From positions 310,001-374,000 of the forward strand of contig QPGO01000021.1 in assembly GCA_008632985.1 (NCBI GenBank): a stretch of 64,000 nucleotides of DNA, in the 5' to 3' direction. The notes below the pieces were generated by a model. It was not told where the DNA came from, made no database searches, and was given only the letters and a program-made list of their open reading frames with translations. Made by a program: the position numbers and the translations under genes. The DNA is from Psammoneis japonica (lineage: Eukaryota). Of the stretch, positions 21,801 to 31,684 are shown one piece after another. Each line of letters opens with the position of its first letter. Position 1 is the stretch's first letter.

Positions 21801-24129
21801 CAAACAGTTGGGCGCTGGTGCAACCAGAGTCGACGGCCGGGGTGTCGGCACAAACGGTGTCAGTGGCGACAGGCTCGTTGCGGCGGTGCACATTAAGGGC
21901 GGGGTTGGGTGATTTGCAGGCCTTGCGAAGGTGTGTGCCGGCGGGCATGCGGGCGCACTGCGTGGTGCAGTCAAAAGTACGACGGACCGCATCGGCAGGT
22001 AGGAAGCCAAAGCAAGGCCGAAGAGACTCGAAGGGGGGGTCCTTGGGCTGTACAGTGCGCTCCGGAGGTGGAACGTCATCGCCCTGGGGGTCAATCGCAT
22101 GCAGATGACACTCGTAGAACACGTCGTCGTTCGGAATGAGGTGATCATCGAGGGCGGACGCGTGATCGGCAGACAAGGAAGCGGACAAGATGGTCTCGTT
22201 GACAACGACACGGTGGCGGCAGTTGCCGTGTTCGTCAAACAGGTTGGCAGTGGGATCGTCCTGCAGGTCAGAGATCGCGTCGCACCACTGGTCATCGTCA
22301 GTGACAGAGTGATCGAGGACGGAAGGGTCCCATGTGTCATCACCGGTGAGGATGACATGGGGCAGGGTGTCCCATTCGGCGTCAGTGTAAGGTCGCATGG
22401 CAACATGAGGCAGGCCAGCCTTGATGTCAATGGGGATGACATGGCCATCAGGAGTGGCAATACGTTGCAAGCCGTTGGGCACCTTGACAGAGCGATCGTT
22501 GACATCCTGTTTGTGCCATTCGAGCTGGCCGCAGGAATGGATGGTCTTGCCCTTTCCTGTGCATGCGCGCTGATGGAGGATGGCGATGACGGGACCACGC
22601 TGGGTCTCAATGACGGCACCAGCGGTGACAATGGGGATGTCCACCAATTGATGATCGTCAATGCCCTGAACGTCGACTTGGCGAGAGGTGCGTGCGATGA
22701 CGCGGACGTCGTCGCCAGCAATGCCGCCGTTGGCCCCACGATCGACTAGAGTGCCAGTGCGTGTGGAGCGATGAGCAGAGGCAGAGTAAATGACATTGTG
22801 GTTGTCAACGCGGCGGCAAGTGCGGCCGTTGAGTTCTGTGTCATCTGCAGAAGCTGGCGGGGTAGAGGAAGCGGCGGATGGCCCCGGTCGACTGGCATTG
22901 GGGGCTTGGTTAGGAGACAACAGACGTTGCAGATCACCGGGTGGCAGTGGCTTGCGCTTGGTGAGGTGCGCCAGGATGGGATCATCCGAAATGGCGTCCA
23001 CATGTGCAGCGGAGTCACCACAGTCAGCAGGAGTCGTGTTGGACAAGTTGACATCACCGTCACTCCCAAGGTGTTGGTCGTGAAGGTTGGCCGTAACAGA
23101 CTCATGGCAGTTGCTGGCTCGCGGGTTGCGGGGAGGTGGACGAGAGTGCTCAAGGATGATCGCCTTGGAGGAATCGGGCAACGAATCCCAGAGCCGTTGG
23201 TGGTCGGGAGGGAGACGTCTCCATTGGACACCGGTGAGGCTGGGACCACGGGTGCAGGCAGCATTGGCTTGAAGGACGTCAACGTCGCTGTCAATGTCAC
23301 AGAACACATCGTCGGACGGTTCCTCGGAGTGGACGTTGTGTGCGCATGTGGCGCGTCGGGGAGCTCGAGGTGTCGTCTTGGGTTGAAACGTGCTGTCGCA
23401 CTGAGCTGCCGCAGAGAGGAGCAAGCCACAGCATTGATCGCATGTGAGGCTCTTGCCACTCTGCGTACGATGCTGATCAGCTTGGTTCTTGACAGCACGG
23501 AGTTCCTCGACAGGGTGCACGGCATTCTCGAGCATGACGCGCTTCTGTCCTTCAGAGAAGTGGTCGCTGGCGGGGATGAGTGCCTCGCACTTGCGCAACT
23601 GATCTTGCCAATGAAGGATGAACCCGTGGGTCGGACCTTTCCAAGTGCCATCACCAAGACGTGCGGTGGTGAGGTGCGTGAGCAGGGTGGAGGACTCGAC
23701 AGATGCACGGGTGGAGGCAAGCGCGCATTCAGACAAGGAGCGGCAGACGGTCTGTGCGTCAGAGGACCCCACATTTTCGCGAATGAGAGCCTTGCCCTTG
23801 TCGGTGAGAAGGATGCGTTCGAAGACGGCGAACATGCACTTTTGCTGTTCAGCAAAGAGCAGTTTATCTTCGGGGCTGGTCGGTTTGTACGACGAGTCTA
23901 GAATGCACTCGACGTCTTGGGCACGGGCTTGTGCCACAAGTGAGGTGTGCCAAGTGTGCCACTGCTTGTCGGATTTGAGAGCCGTGAAAGCGGTGGGATC
24001 ACGCTTGATGCCTCGCTTGAAGTCTCGCACCGGGTCGCGTGCCTTGGTCGGGTTGGTGACATGTGGAGGTGCAAGGGGTGAGCTGCCGTGCTCGAAACCA
24101 TCGGTTTGTTGCTGACGAGTGAGAACCAT
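18769..24129 (-). CDS. Copia gag-pol polyprotein (open frame, many Tyr->Cys/His substitutions)
   Basis: MVLTRQQ start. PR LVDRGANGG. INT DT...D...AERR. RT HKARLVA, DIGNA(C)L, YVDD. RH DAN...GSEF...GDN...NPAD. Stop lies inside the 3' LTR. Confidence 0.92.
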   Translation of the reverse strand: MVLTRQQQTDGFEHGSSPLAPPHVTNPTKARDPVRDFKRGIKRDPTAFTALKSDKQWHTWHTSLVAQARAQDVECILDSSYKPTSPEDKLLFAEQQKCMFAVFERILLTDKGKALIRENVGSSDAQTVCRSLSECALASTRASVESSTLLTHLTTARLGDGTWKGPTHGFILHWQDQLRKCEALIPASDHFSEGQKRVMLENAVHPVEELRAVKNQADQHRTQSGKSLTCDQCCGLLLSAAAQCDSTFQPKTTPRAPRRATCAHNVHSEEPSDDVFCDIDSDVDVLQANAACTRGPSLTGVQWRRLPPDHQRLWDSLPDSSKAIILEHSRPPPRNPRASNCHESVTANLHDQHLGSDGDVNLSNTTPADCGDSAAHVDAISDDPILAHLTKRKPLPPGDLQRLLSPNQAPNASRPGPSAASSTPPASADDTELNGRTCRRVDNHNVIYSASAHRSTRTGTLVDRGANGGIAGDDVRVIARTSRQVDVQGIDDHQLVDIPIVTAGAVIETQRGPVIAILHQRACTGKGKTIHSCGQLEWHKQDVNDRSVKVPNGLQRIATPDGHVIPIDIKAGLPHVAMRPYTDAEWDTLPHVILTGDDTWDPSVLDHSVTDDDQWCDAISDLQDDPTANLFDEHGNCRHRVVVNETILSASLSADHASALDDHLIPNDDVFYECHLHAIDPQGDDVPPPERTVQPKDPPFESLRPCFGFLPADAVRRTFDCTTQCARMPAGTHLRKACKSPNPALNVHRRNEPVATDTVCADTPAVDSGCTSAQLFVGTESTVTDVYGTKTDKEFVNTLEDQIRERGAPSKLIGDRAQVEISNKVLGILRALFISSWQSEPHQQHQNFAERRHQTVKRMANTVMDRFGSPAHTWLLALMHVCFTLNHTASPRLHWRTPLETLTGSTPDISPLLRFHWWEPVYFHLDDSDWPSESRELRGRFVGIAEHVGHQMTFKILSDETQKILCRSNVRSAAPDPAVRNLRLDPPDGEPPEPIIKSRHDDNPVDSPDGEIRTPKMPVFDLQDIIGRTFLMQPQEDGQRHRARIVKAVEDHEWKVNGNPELTKFICSVNNDEYEEVLACNDIMNHIEQEDEDTTVWKFRRIVSHEGPLKPHDPTWKGSSYNIMLEWESGEITSEPLAIIAKDDPVTCAIYARENGLLDTDGWKRFRTIARRQKKLFRMANQAKLRSFRTAPRYKCGYEVPRNCKHAMSLDERNGNRKWGDATNLEMDQLDEYEVFHDCGPFKSSTPPAGHKKIRVHLVCDVKHDGRHKARLVADGHLTDVPIDSVYSGVVSLRGLRLMIFLAELNELETWATDIGNACLEATTKEKLYIVAGPEFGKLEGHILVIHKALHGLRSSGLRWHERFADCLRAEGFFPCCAEPDIWMRKNGDHYEYIAVYVDDLAIAMKDPQPFVDTLTEKHKFKLKGTGPIEFHLGCDFSRDPDGTLCLSPRKCIERMVDSYARLFGEKPTTNALSPLEKGDHPELDTSELLGPDGIHKFQSLVGSLQWAVSLGRIDITTAVMSLSSFRAAPRQGHLDRAKRVCGHLSKMRHGALRVRTEEPDYSDLPAPAYEWMHSVYGEAEEMIPKDAPPPLGKFVTTTHYVDANLYHCMLTGRSVMGMLHFLNKFPADWFSKKQATVETATCGSEFVAARNCVEQIIDLRITLRCLGVPIRNVSYMFGDNKSVVDSATIPHSKLHKRHTALSFHRVREAIASGCLEFHFIEGSRNPADILSKHWGYSQIWDLLRPLMFWNFIPSEVESVSVAPQANWGVTGFEQDLDAREVSRAV

Positions 24130-25053
24130 GGCAGACAAAAGTGGTGTCAGGACAATCAATTCTGGTTGGGAAGCGAAGGCAGACTCGAAACTTGGGTGAG
24201 AACAGACTTGACTTGAAACAGACTTGACTTGAAATCTTGAACTGTCTTAAAATCAGAAGTCGCCGGGCTTTGTCATCCCGTTCGTTGTCAAGTGCTAAAC
24301 TTCCCATCCGGTCCGTAGAGTTGTGCCGGCACGTCCGAACCCGCAGCTGGCGGCACTTTGGGTTGCTTGCGAGCGGAGCAGCGGGTTGTAAACCCCTGCA
24401 GGCAAGCTGACCAGAGGTGGACAAGACCCCCGAACCGTTCTTATTTTATGTCGGTTGGATTTCCCGATCAGGCTGGCCAGTTGACGCAGGCGTCAGGCGC
24501 TGTGGACGAACGAACAAACGCGGGAAAGCATTCTCGCCCCAACGCAGGCTGCAATCACGGCTGCTTGCTCTCACAGTCGTCCTCGTGGACCTGGCAGAAC
24601 TGTAGAGCACCAGCAGTCCGGGGTAGATCAGGTGCAATGGACTCGGTGTGCTTGCAGAGTGGCAGCAAAACCGCAGTCCGAAGAGTGGGTACAGGTTCTT
24701 GGCCGTGAAGATGTGCACACACACACATGTCTTCAGCAACGAAGATCCTTGAATGTGCAGGGTTCTTGACCGTCAACCGATGAACAGGTATGTCAAGGGA
24801 TGAGGATCAAGGATAGACTTGGACATGACCGTTGAATGCATGTCTTCAGCGATCAAAGGCAGCACAATCAAACCAGATGTCCAGCGGTAAGGAGACTTGA
24901 CAGTGACGTTAACTTCCTGCCGATGCCCTGGCATTGGATGCGCGTAGACTTGCCGATGTATGTAGAACACATACGGAGGTCCACGTAGAATTGAAATAGC
25001 GTCGTTGGTAAATCAACGACGACGATGGCGGTTGCTCAATGGGTTGACAATGA

Positions 25054-25068
25054 GCAAGACTGTTAATC
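25054..25068 (-). promoter_or_regulatory. Putative primer-binding site complementary to a tRNA-Asn(GUU) anticodon arm
   Basis: The plus strand reads gCAAGA-CTGTTAA-TC and abuts the 5' LTR. No TGG-type PBS is present. Confidence 0.55.
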
Positions 25069-25344
25069 TGACAGAAAATGAAGGCAAATGGCAAGAATTC
25101 AAACAATGACTCCTTACTGCTGTCTAAATAGCAGATGAGTCTCCGCTCAGAGACCGTTGCAGGAGCCGAGGGACGTGTGAGTCGGCACAATCGGGCTGCT
25201 GTCATCATTCTTGTGAGCCTTGTGGCTCGAAAGCAAACTACATCGCGCGCGAACGCGCGGAACTAAAGCACACAAAACTGTGCGCGGTAAACTAAACAGC
25301 GCGCGACACTTCGCGCGCATCCAAATCCTGTTCAAATCCTGTCA
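25069..25344 (-). repeat. 5' LTR
   Basis: Matches 18546-18821, with 13 nt differences at 10 sites. Confidence 0.95.
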
Positions 25345-26375
25345 AAAGGTGGCTGTCTGGCAGGCTCCACTGGGGGGCAGCAAGGGGAGGCTTTTCAGAT
25401 TTGAGAACCTTTGGTTGTCCATGTTGTCCCCATGCAGGAAGGCTGATTGAGTGGTGGTGCCCACACCAGGTCATTCCATGAGGGTGTGACTCTTTGGAAG
25501 TGGTTGGGGTGCTCTCATGTGGGAGCAGAGAGCGCCCAGTCCATCTTGGGGAGAGCTGCTGTCTTGGTGGCTGGCTGTGCTGGATGTTGCGCCACCTTGG
25601 AGTGCAAGTGTCTTGTTGCATTTGCTTTAAATGGGGAGTGACACTTGCCAAGCATCTTGTTGATTTCTTCATGTTGTTTGATGTCAGGCAGGTCTCTGCA
25701 CTGCTGTCCAAACACTCCCTGCTCGGCAGGTCACTGTCTGGTGTGGTGTTTTTGGCGAGAGGGCGGAGATGTTTGGAGCTCAGAAAAATCTGTGCACATT
25801 GTTGTTGATGCATTGACAGAAGTTGGGTGAGGTGGAACTTGACCTCTCATTGCTTTGCTCTTCTTGATTTCCATGGGGTGGGGGGCTTGCTTTCATTTGG
25901 GCATCTTTTGAGGTTGAGATGGAACGGGGAGATTCTTTTCAGGAGGTGGGTGAGGTCGCCCACCACTTGTTTGTGTTGGACCAGCACTGCCGAGCAAGAA
26001 TGACCGTGCATCCCACCTGTGTCACAGCGTCGTCAACAGCATCCAACGTTGTTGAGAGAATGACAGCTCACTTCGGGGTGCAAAATCGAATTCACCGAAG
26101 AAATGACGGACAACAAAGCCTGGTTCCGTCTGTCACTTGTCCGACAACCGCTCTGACGGACGACTCCTCACAGCACAGGCGGCAGATCGCCCACACCGTA
26201 TCGTACGTGCGTGCTGCTGAATGCGATGATCGATGATGATTCTTCTCCTTGCTTCCTGCACGCAACAAACGCCAACAACATCGAAAGTAACGCACAGCAA
26301 ATCATCGTTCTGTGCTCTCTGCCAAGACAGCCTGCTGCTCTGCCTTTCGCAAACATAAACTGAAGAAGAACGAGC

Positions 26376-27224
26376 ATGTTTTCTACAGCCTTTACTCCGA
26401 CTATGGTCTATACCGGTGTTTCTTGTTTGATATCGCAGTTGGTTTTCCTCGTGCTGTTTGCCTACGTGCTACCCAAAGGCCCATGGACCGAGTTGCCGAG
26501 CTTTACAGCCCATACTGTTGTCTGCTTTCCGTTTATGATTTATCTCACATACCAGGGTATGACGGGGTGGTTTGGTGAACTCGAACACGGGGGCGATGCT
26601 GTCAGTCACATTTTGGACGTAAACGATCGAGGCGTACACATTGGGCAAGTTGTACTCGGAATGATGCTGTTTTGGGATATTCCAACCGGTCTCTGCACTC
26701 CGGCGCTCCGCGACCCATTAATGGTCGTCCATCACTTCGGCATGGCCTTCATTGCAGGAGTTGTTGTTGGAGTATTTTCAGACGGACAACCTGTTGGGAG
26801 TTACTATTCATTGTTCTTTCTTGGTGTCATTGAAGTAAGCTCAATATTCCTTACTGTCGTAGATATTTTCCATCCAAAGAATAAAGGCTGGAATGAATTT
26901 TTGAAAGGAGAAACTCGTTTCAAACAGTTTCTACGATCGGCAAACGAAGTTGCAAGGATTGGATTTGCCATTACGTTTCTGGCCACGCGTGCCATTTATT
27001 TTCCTTATGTTCAAGTGACGGGTAGTTTACCAGACTTTTATCACGTTGCATCGTTACCAGCAGAAGAACGACAAAATGTACCCAGTGGCATTCTATACGG
27101 AGTTTGCTTTATTGCGACTCTCTTTGCAGCGCTTCAGATGTATTGGGGTTTCCTGGTGGCGCGCCAAGTTGTCAAGGCACTGGGCATTGGCGCTTCATCA
27201 GACAAGAAAAGCAAGAACTCATAG
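26376..27224 (+). CDS. TLC-domain membrane protein, intronless paralogue of 10465-11483
   Basis: 282-aa ORF. FAYVLPKGPWTELPSFTAH, MMLFWDIP, GSYYSLFFLGVIE are shared with the paralogue. Confidence 0.9.
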   Translation: MFSTAFTPTMVYTGVSCLISQLVFLVLFAYVLPKGPWTELPSFTAHTVVCFPFMIYLTYQGMTGWFGELEHGGDAVSHILDVNDRGVHIGQVVLGMMLFWDIPTGLCTPALRDPLMVVHHFGMAFIAGVVVGVFSDGQPVGSYYSLFFLGVIEVSSIFLTVVDIFHPKNKGWNEFLKGETRFKQFLRSANEVARIGFAITFLATRAIYFPYVQVTGSLPDFYHVASLPAEERQNVPSGILYGVCFIATLFAALQMYWGFLVARQVVKALGIGASSDKKSKNS

Positions 27225-27953
27225 CAAAGCACTCAAACACAATTTGTAAAATGGACATGGCGTTCATAGGTCGAGCAGCGGATGCTAAACTAAGCGGTTC
27301 GTGTAATTGTTGCTGGAGTCAAGCACAACTCCAAGGAAACGAATTCCATAACAAATTGCGCTATCGCTCTGAAGCGAAACATTGTTCCCATGGTGTTGCC
27401 TCTCTAGAAAGATGAAACCTACTGGTAGTCCACGCTAGAGTCCTACTATCAGACCAGAAGGGCTCAAAAGGCTACAGCACTCAAGAAAAAATGAGATATA
27501 AGAGTCCAGAGTCTGTCGTGGGCGCGAACCGCCAACCATACCGTTTCCATTGCTGACGTTGCGTTGGCGGCAAATGGCGGGAAAATACTAGTGCTTGTCC
27601 GTTGAAATCCGTCTTTTCCGTTGGAATCACGCAAAGCGCTTATATTTACTTCAAGAATGGAAATAGTCTTATTGCTGTATTTACCTTCTGTGTGATACAA
27701 AATCTCAAGTTTTCAAATTTTTTATAAAAGGACTTAAAAATCGAATAAATATATATACATTTTTAGCCTAAAGCATCGAATATGTTTATTCAAGCGATGT
27801 TTTCTGAATTATTTTTTTAGCGCGGGAATGCGTGCTGAGGCTTTGGTCTTTGGTGCAAAAATCATCACACACAGTGGCCACAGTAGGCTTTTTGGGTGAA
27901 GAATGTTGATAAGGAAGCCCATGATGCCATTTTGCCCGTTAAGCCAAAGCAAA

Positions 27954-29897
27954 ATGGCGTCACGGATCTTGGTACTTTTGTTGTGTGGAGCTACATGTAG
28001 TCGTTTTGCAGCGTCGTCTTTGATTGAGCGCGAAATGTCACACAATGCTTTTCAGGAGCGAGAGTCGATTGTCATAAAAACTCAACTGGGCAGTGTATAT
28101 GAAATTGATGAATCGAAGTTGGAACCCTTTGTTCGCATGTTTGATCCCAATCGGTATCAAGTGTCAGGCCTGCAAGTTCAAAACAAGAAAACGAAAGAGA
28201 TTTCGCCGGTAACGGTGTTTCGAACAGAAGTTGGAGGTGCTTTGTATCAGGTTCATTTGAGTGACAATGGTAGCATCCGTCTACTTGAAGTACACCAGAA
28301 AGGAGAACCTATAAAGTACATTGCTCGCCAAGAAACGAAACGCTCCTCTGTCTACAGGGAGTACACTTCCAGTGACGTTTCACGATCATTCAGGAATGTG
28401 ATTGAAGACGTTGCGTTCCCACCCCTTCAAGAGGACCTTAGTAGCAACCGAACTTTGCTTGAACAAAATCTGCGTGGTCGTCGGAGTCCGTCTGGCAATG
28501 CTAAAGCACCACCACGACGTCGAAGGCTAGATGACGACTGCGCAGATTTGATGTTACTTCATTTGGCGATTGCCTATGACGAAGAGTTTTGTGAAATGCA
28601 CGGATCCAGGAGAAGGGCGCAAATACGAGTTAGAGATATTTTTGCGGGTGTAGCCCTCGCATACGAAAAATACATGTGTGTCCAGCTCGTCCTGTCGGAC
28701 ATCATCGAGCCTCGTACCTGTGATACATCTGAATCAACATTTCTCGATACTGACATTGTCAATCGCACAAATGCCTGTAAAGATGACAATTCGGGCAAGA
28801 AGTCAACACTGTTGGGCTTTGCAAGGCAAATGACACGTGAGCGAGCTAGTATGGGACTGGAAGATTACGTGACTGTCCACTTTTTCTCTGGATTCCCTTA
28901 CAAAGGTATTGCTGAAGTTGGATGCACTTACAGTGGGACGTTCTGTAAGCCAGCGTGGAGTTATGGGATATCGTACATGAGTTTCAGTCCAAATGACATT
29001 GCTCTGCAGGTAATGATTGCTTCACACGAGCTGGGCCACACGCTGAATATCTCGCATTTGGAAGGAATCAATAGTCGCCAGGATCAGTTCATCATGTCAA
29101 GTTATGTAAATAGCGGCGCTGACGGGTTTAGCCAAGTTTCAGTCGACAAATTGTACAACTTCTTGGAAACCGTGTCTTGTCATGATGTTGTCCCTGCAAA
29201 ACGAGCTATAACGGCTACTGTGATTCGCGGCAACGATGTCTATTTTTTCTTTACCGAGGAGAATATCGCATTGTACACCAAATATGATTGGGGAAACCGA
29301 GAGGTGTACTCGGGCTACCCACGACGGGTGGGATGGGATTGGGGCCGCAGCTGGCCCAGTTCAAACTGGTGGCCGACCGGTGGCTTTTTCAAGGGTGACT
29401 ATGCATTTTTGTTGAAAAGCAACAGAGACCCAAGGGGAGGATCAAGAGGGGTTTCTGAATACATCATATACAACTGGAACGAGGAAGATGTCTCGTCGAA
29501 TGTGCCTTACAAGATGGATTTTACTGGGCTACCGAATGATCTTCTTTTCGATGCCTCTGTTACTATCGAAAGTGATTTATTTCTCTTTTCTGGTGAATAC
29601 TACTACAAATATAGTCTGGAAAAAGACAGGGCCTACGCTGCCTTTCCAAGGAAGGTGGCTACAGATTGGCCAAATTGGCCAGATAATTTCCGTGTCACTG
29701 CGGGATTTGTCGAACCCTCTGGAAGGTACGCATACTTTTTTGGCTTTGAATCGGACGACAGCAGAGAAAGCGACAGGGCCACTCAATGGGGAGGAACACC
29801 TGTTTACATAAAGTATGACGGGAAACGAGGTGTCGTTCTGGGTGGCTACCCTAGATCGATCAAAAGCCATGGGAATTGGGACGGAATTCTGGACTAG
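27954..29897 (+). CDS. Secreted metzincin (M12B/reprolysin-like) metallopeptidase with C-terminal hemopexin-like repeats
   Basis: Signal peptide MASRILVLLLCG, basic RRRR prodomain cleavage site, HELGHTLNISH zinc motif, Met-turn FIMS, GYPR/AFPRK...WP repeats. Confidence 0.85.
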   Translation: MASRILVLLLCGATCSRFAASSLIEREMSHNAFQERESIVIKTQLGSVYEIDESKLEPFVRMFDPNRYQVSGLQVQNKKTKEISPVTVFRTEVGGALYQVHLSDNGSIRLLEVHQKGEPIKYIARQETKRSSVYREYTSSDVSRSFRNVIEDVAFPPLQEDLSSNRTLLEQNLRGRRSPSGNAKAPPRRRRLDDDCADLMLLHLAIAYDEEFCEMHGSRRRAQIRVRDIFAGVALAYEKYMCVQLVLSDIIEPRTCDTSESTFLDTDIVNRTNACKDDNSGKKSTLLGFARQMTRERASMGLEDYVTVHFFSGFPYKGIAEVGCTYSGTFCKPAWSYGISYMSFSPNDIALQVMIASHELGHTLNISHLEGINSRQDQFIMSSYVNSGADGFSQVSVDKLYNFLETVSCHDVVPAKRAITATVIRGNDVYFFFTEENIALYTKYDWGNREVYSGYPRRVGWDWGRSWPSSNWWPTGGFFKGDYAFLLKSNRDPRGGSRGVSEYIIYNWNEEDVSSNVPYKMDFTGLPNDLLFDASVTIESDLFLFSGEYYYKYSLEKDRAYAAFPRKVATDWPNWPDNFRVTAGFVEPSGRYAYFFGFESDDSRESDRATQWGGTPVYIKYDGKRGVVLGGYPRSIKSHGNWDGILD

Positions 29898-31684
29898 CTA
29901 TCTCTAGAGAACAAACTAGACGCATATCTCAAGATTTAGAACTTTGCGATGGGACGGAAGTATCATGGGTCACCGGAACATCTTTCTTGGAACGCAAAAA
30001 TTCTAAATGGCTGTTGACCCTTCCAGACTCATTTCAGCACACCACGCTACATAGAGAGGCAATCAAATCCAGGATCAACGACTGCGTGTACCGGTTAGAT
30101 TCGTTTCTTGACCAGCAGCCGCACTGTACTGTACAGTATTACCTGTATTTACTCCAGAGGACGTACCAAATTTTTCTTGGCGCCAGAACCACTTCAAAAA
30201 TTGTCCGTTGAATGGTGGCATTCCCTTTTTAGTGAATGAATATTATTATGTAATTTAAAATAATTCTAAAAGTTCAATGTTACATAAATATACATTTTGT
30301 CATACGAGAGTTACTACGTCCAGAAGGTACCGTCGTATCAGACACATGAGATCGATCGAGCGCGTTGCGCATCGCATGCCGCATCCCTCCCGCCCACGTC
30401 CGTCGCCCGTCGCCATCATGAGCCATGAGAGCCGAGAGCGCTGAATGCTGAAAGGCTAACCAGTGAATCGCATCATAGAAGCCGCACCAAACAAGCATCA
30501 TGACAGATGACAGGCGAGTTGCACGGAAGAAGCAATGCCTCGTGGACAGCAGCGAAGTGTGTTTGCATCCAGGTGCATTGACGCCGCTTTTCATCGCACC
30601 TTTCTTGCTTGGGCTCGAATTGTCCAACTTCTGCACCTAAGAACATTTGCATTGCTGTGTTTGCCAGCCCAGGAATGGTGCTGCTGGCCCGACTCTCCCT
30701 TCCAGACTCACATTCAACAGTGGATTCCTTCCTCAGCCACAGCTCCTTTGCTGAAGAGCTGATCACGCAGAGTGTGAGTGCCTGTCGCTGCACATGCTCG
30801 GCATGTTGTGTTCAACGAAGCCAATGCCATTTGGTTTGCAGCATGGCAAGTGCAGCTTGCATCATGATGATGAACGGGAAGCATGGCAGGAGGCTTTTTG
30901 TTGAGCCCCATTCTGCATTCGGTGCTGCTGGTTGAGGTTGACGCCCTCTGACTGCGTTTTTTGATGGGCTGCAAATCAACAAAGCTCGCTGTAGAAGGGA
31001 TCTAACCATCTGCATCATCAGCTGATGTCATCTTTTTTGAAGCAGTTTAAGAGTGATGCACAACATTCATTTGCCGGTGTGACTTGTTGGGGCAAGAAGT
31101 TGCAGGTCCCTTTCTTCCTTTCCAGCCGCACTTGCAAAAAAGTCTTTCACAGCTGTCCAAGTGACCGGGATGCAGAAGATTCAATGGGGGATCAGCACAA
31201 TGAATGTGATCATCATAGAGTTTGAGCATGGAAGATGTCATCATTGTCAGAGCTTTGCCCTCTGGGGCCCCACTGGTTTCTTTTTTCAGAACAAGACCGT
31301 TCAGGAGTGCGGGAGACGCAAGTGCTGATGGACGAGTCATTGCATTGGAAATCTTTGTGGGTGAGGCCTTTGGTCCCTGCAGCCCAACTCTGCAAAAGCA
31401 GTGCTGTGGAGATGCGTGCAAAACATGGCTGGACACAAAAATTTCACAATGCCCGTGAACAAAGTCCGCGTCGTGAAAACCTGAGAACGGCACTTCTTCC
31501 GCGATCCACAGCGGCACCAGAACAGATCCACACCCACACAATTGCTTCAACACATCCCTCCAGAAGCTTGAGTGATCCATTTGGTCTCACTCTGCTTTTG
31601 CAGAAGATTCGAGATTGTAAGAGTGAAATCAACAAGAACCAACAAGATCGGATGTCACTGCTGCGGCTCAAATCCACAACACCA

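Larger units (their letters stand above)
18546..25344 (-). mobile_element. Ty1/copia LTR retrotransposon (diatom CoDi-like) with both LTRs
   Basis: 276-bp LTRs at 18546-18821 and 25069-25344 with TGACAG...CTGTCA termini. 5-bp TSD AAAGG (18541-18545, 25345-25349). PPT next to the 3' LTR. gag-PR-INT-RT-RH order. Confidence 0.97.

Noticed and set aside
18769..24129. Alternative genetic code or RNA editing as the cause of Tyr->Cys
   Set aside because: Neighbouring genes use Tyr normally. Both TG and CA outcomes occur, the LTRs diverged after insertion, and introns are affected.
24202..24233. Tandem acagacttgacttgaa repeat in the copia 5' UTR
   Set aside because: Two-copy short repeat, common in LTR-element leaders.
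25026..25068. A tRNA gene
   Set aside because: Only an anticodon-arm-like piece, with no T-arm or acceptor stem. Treated as a PBS.
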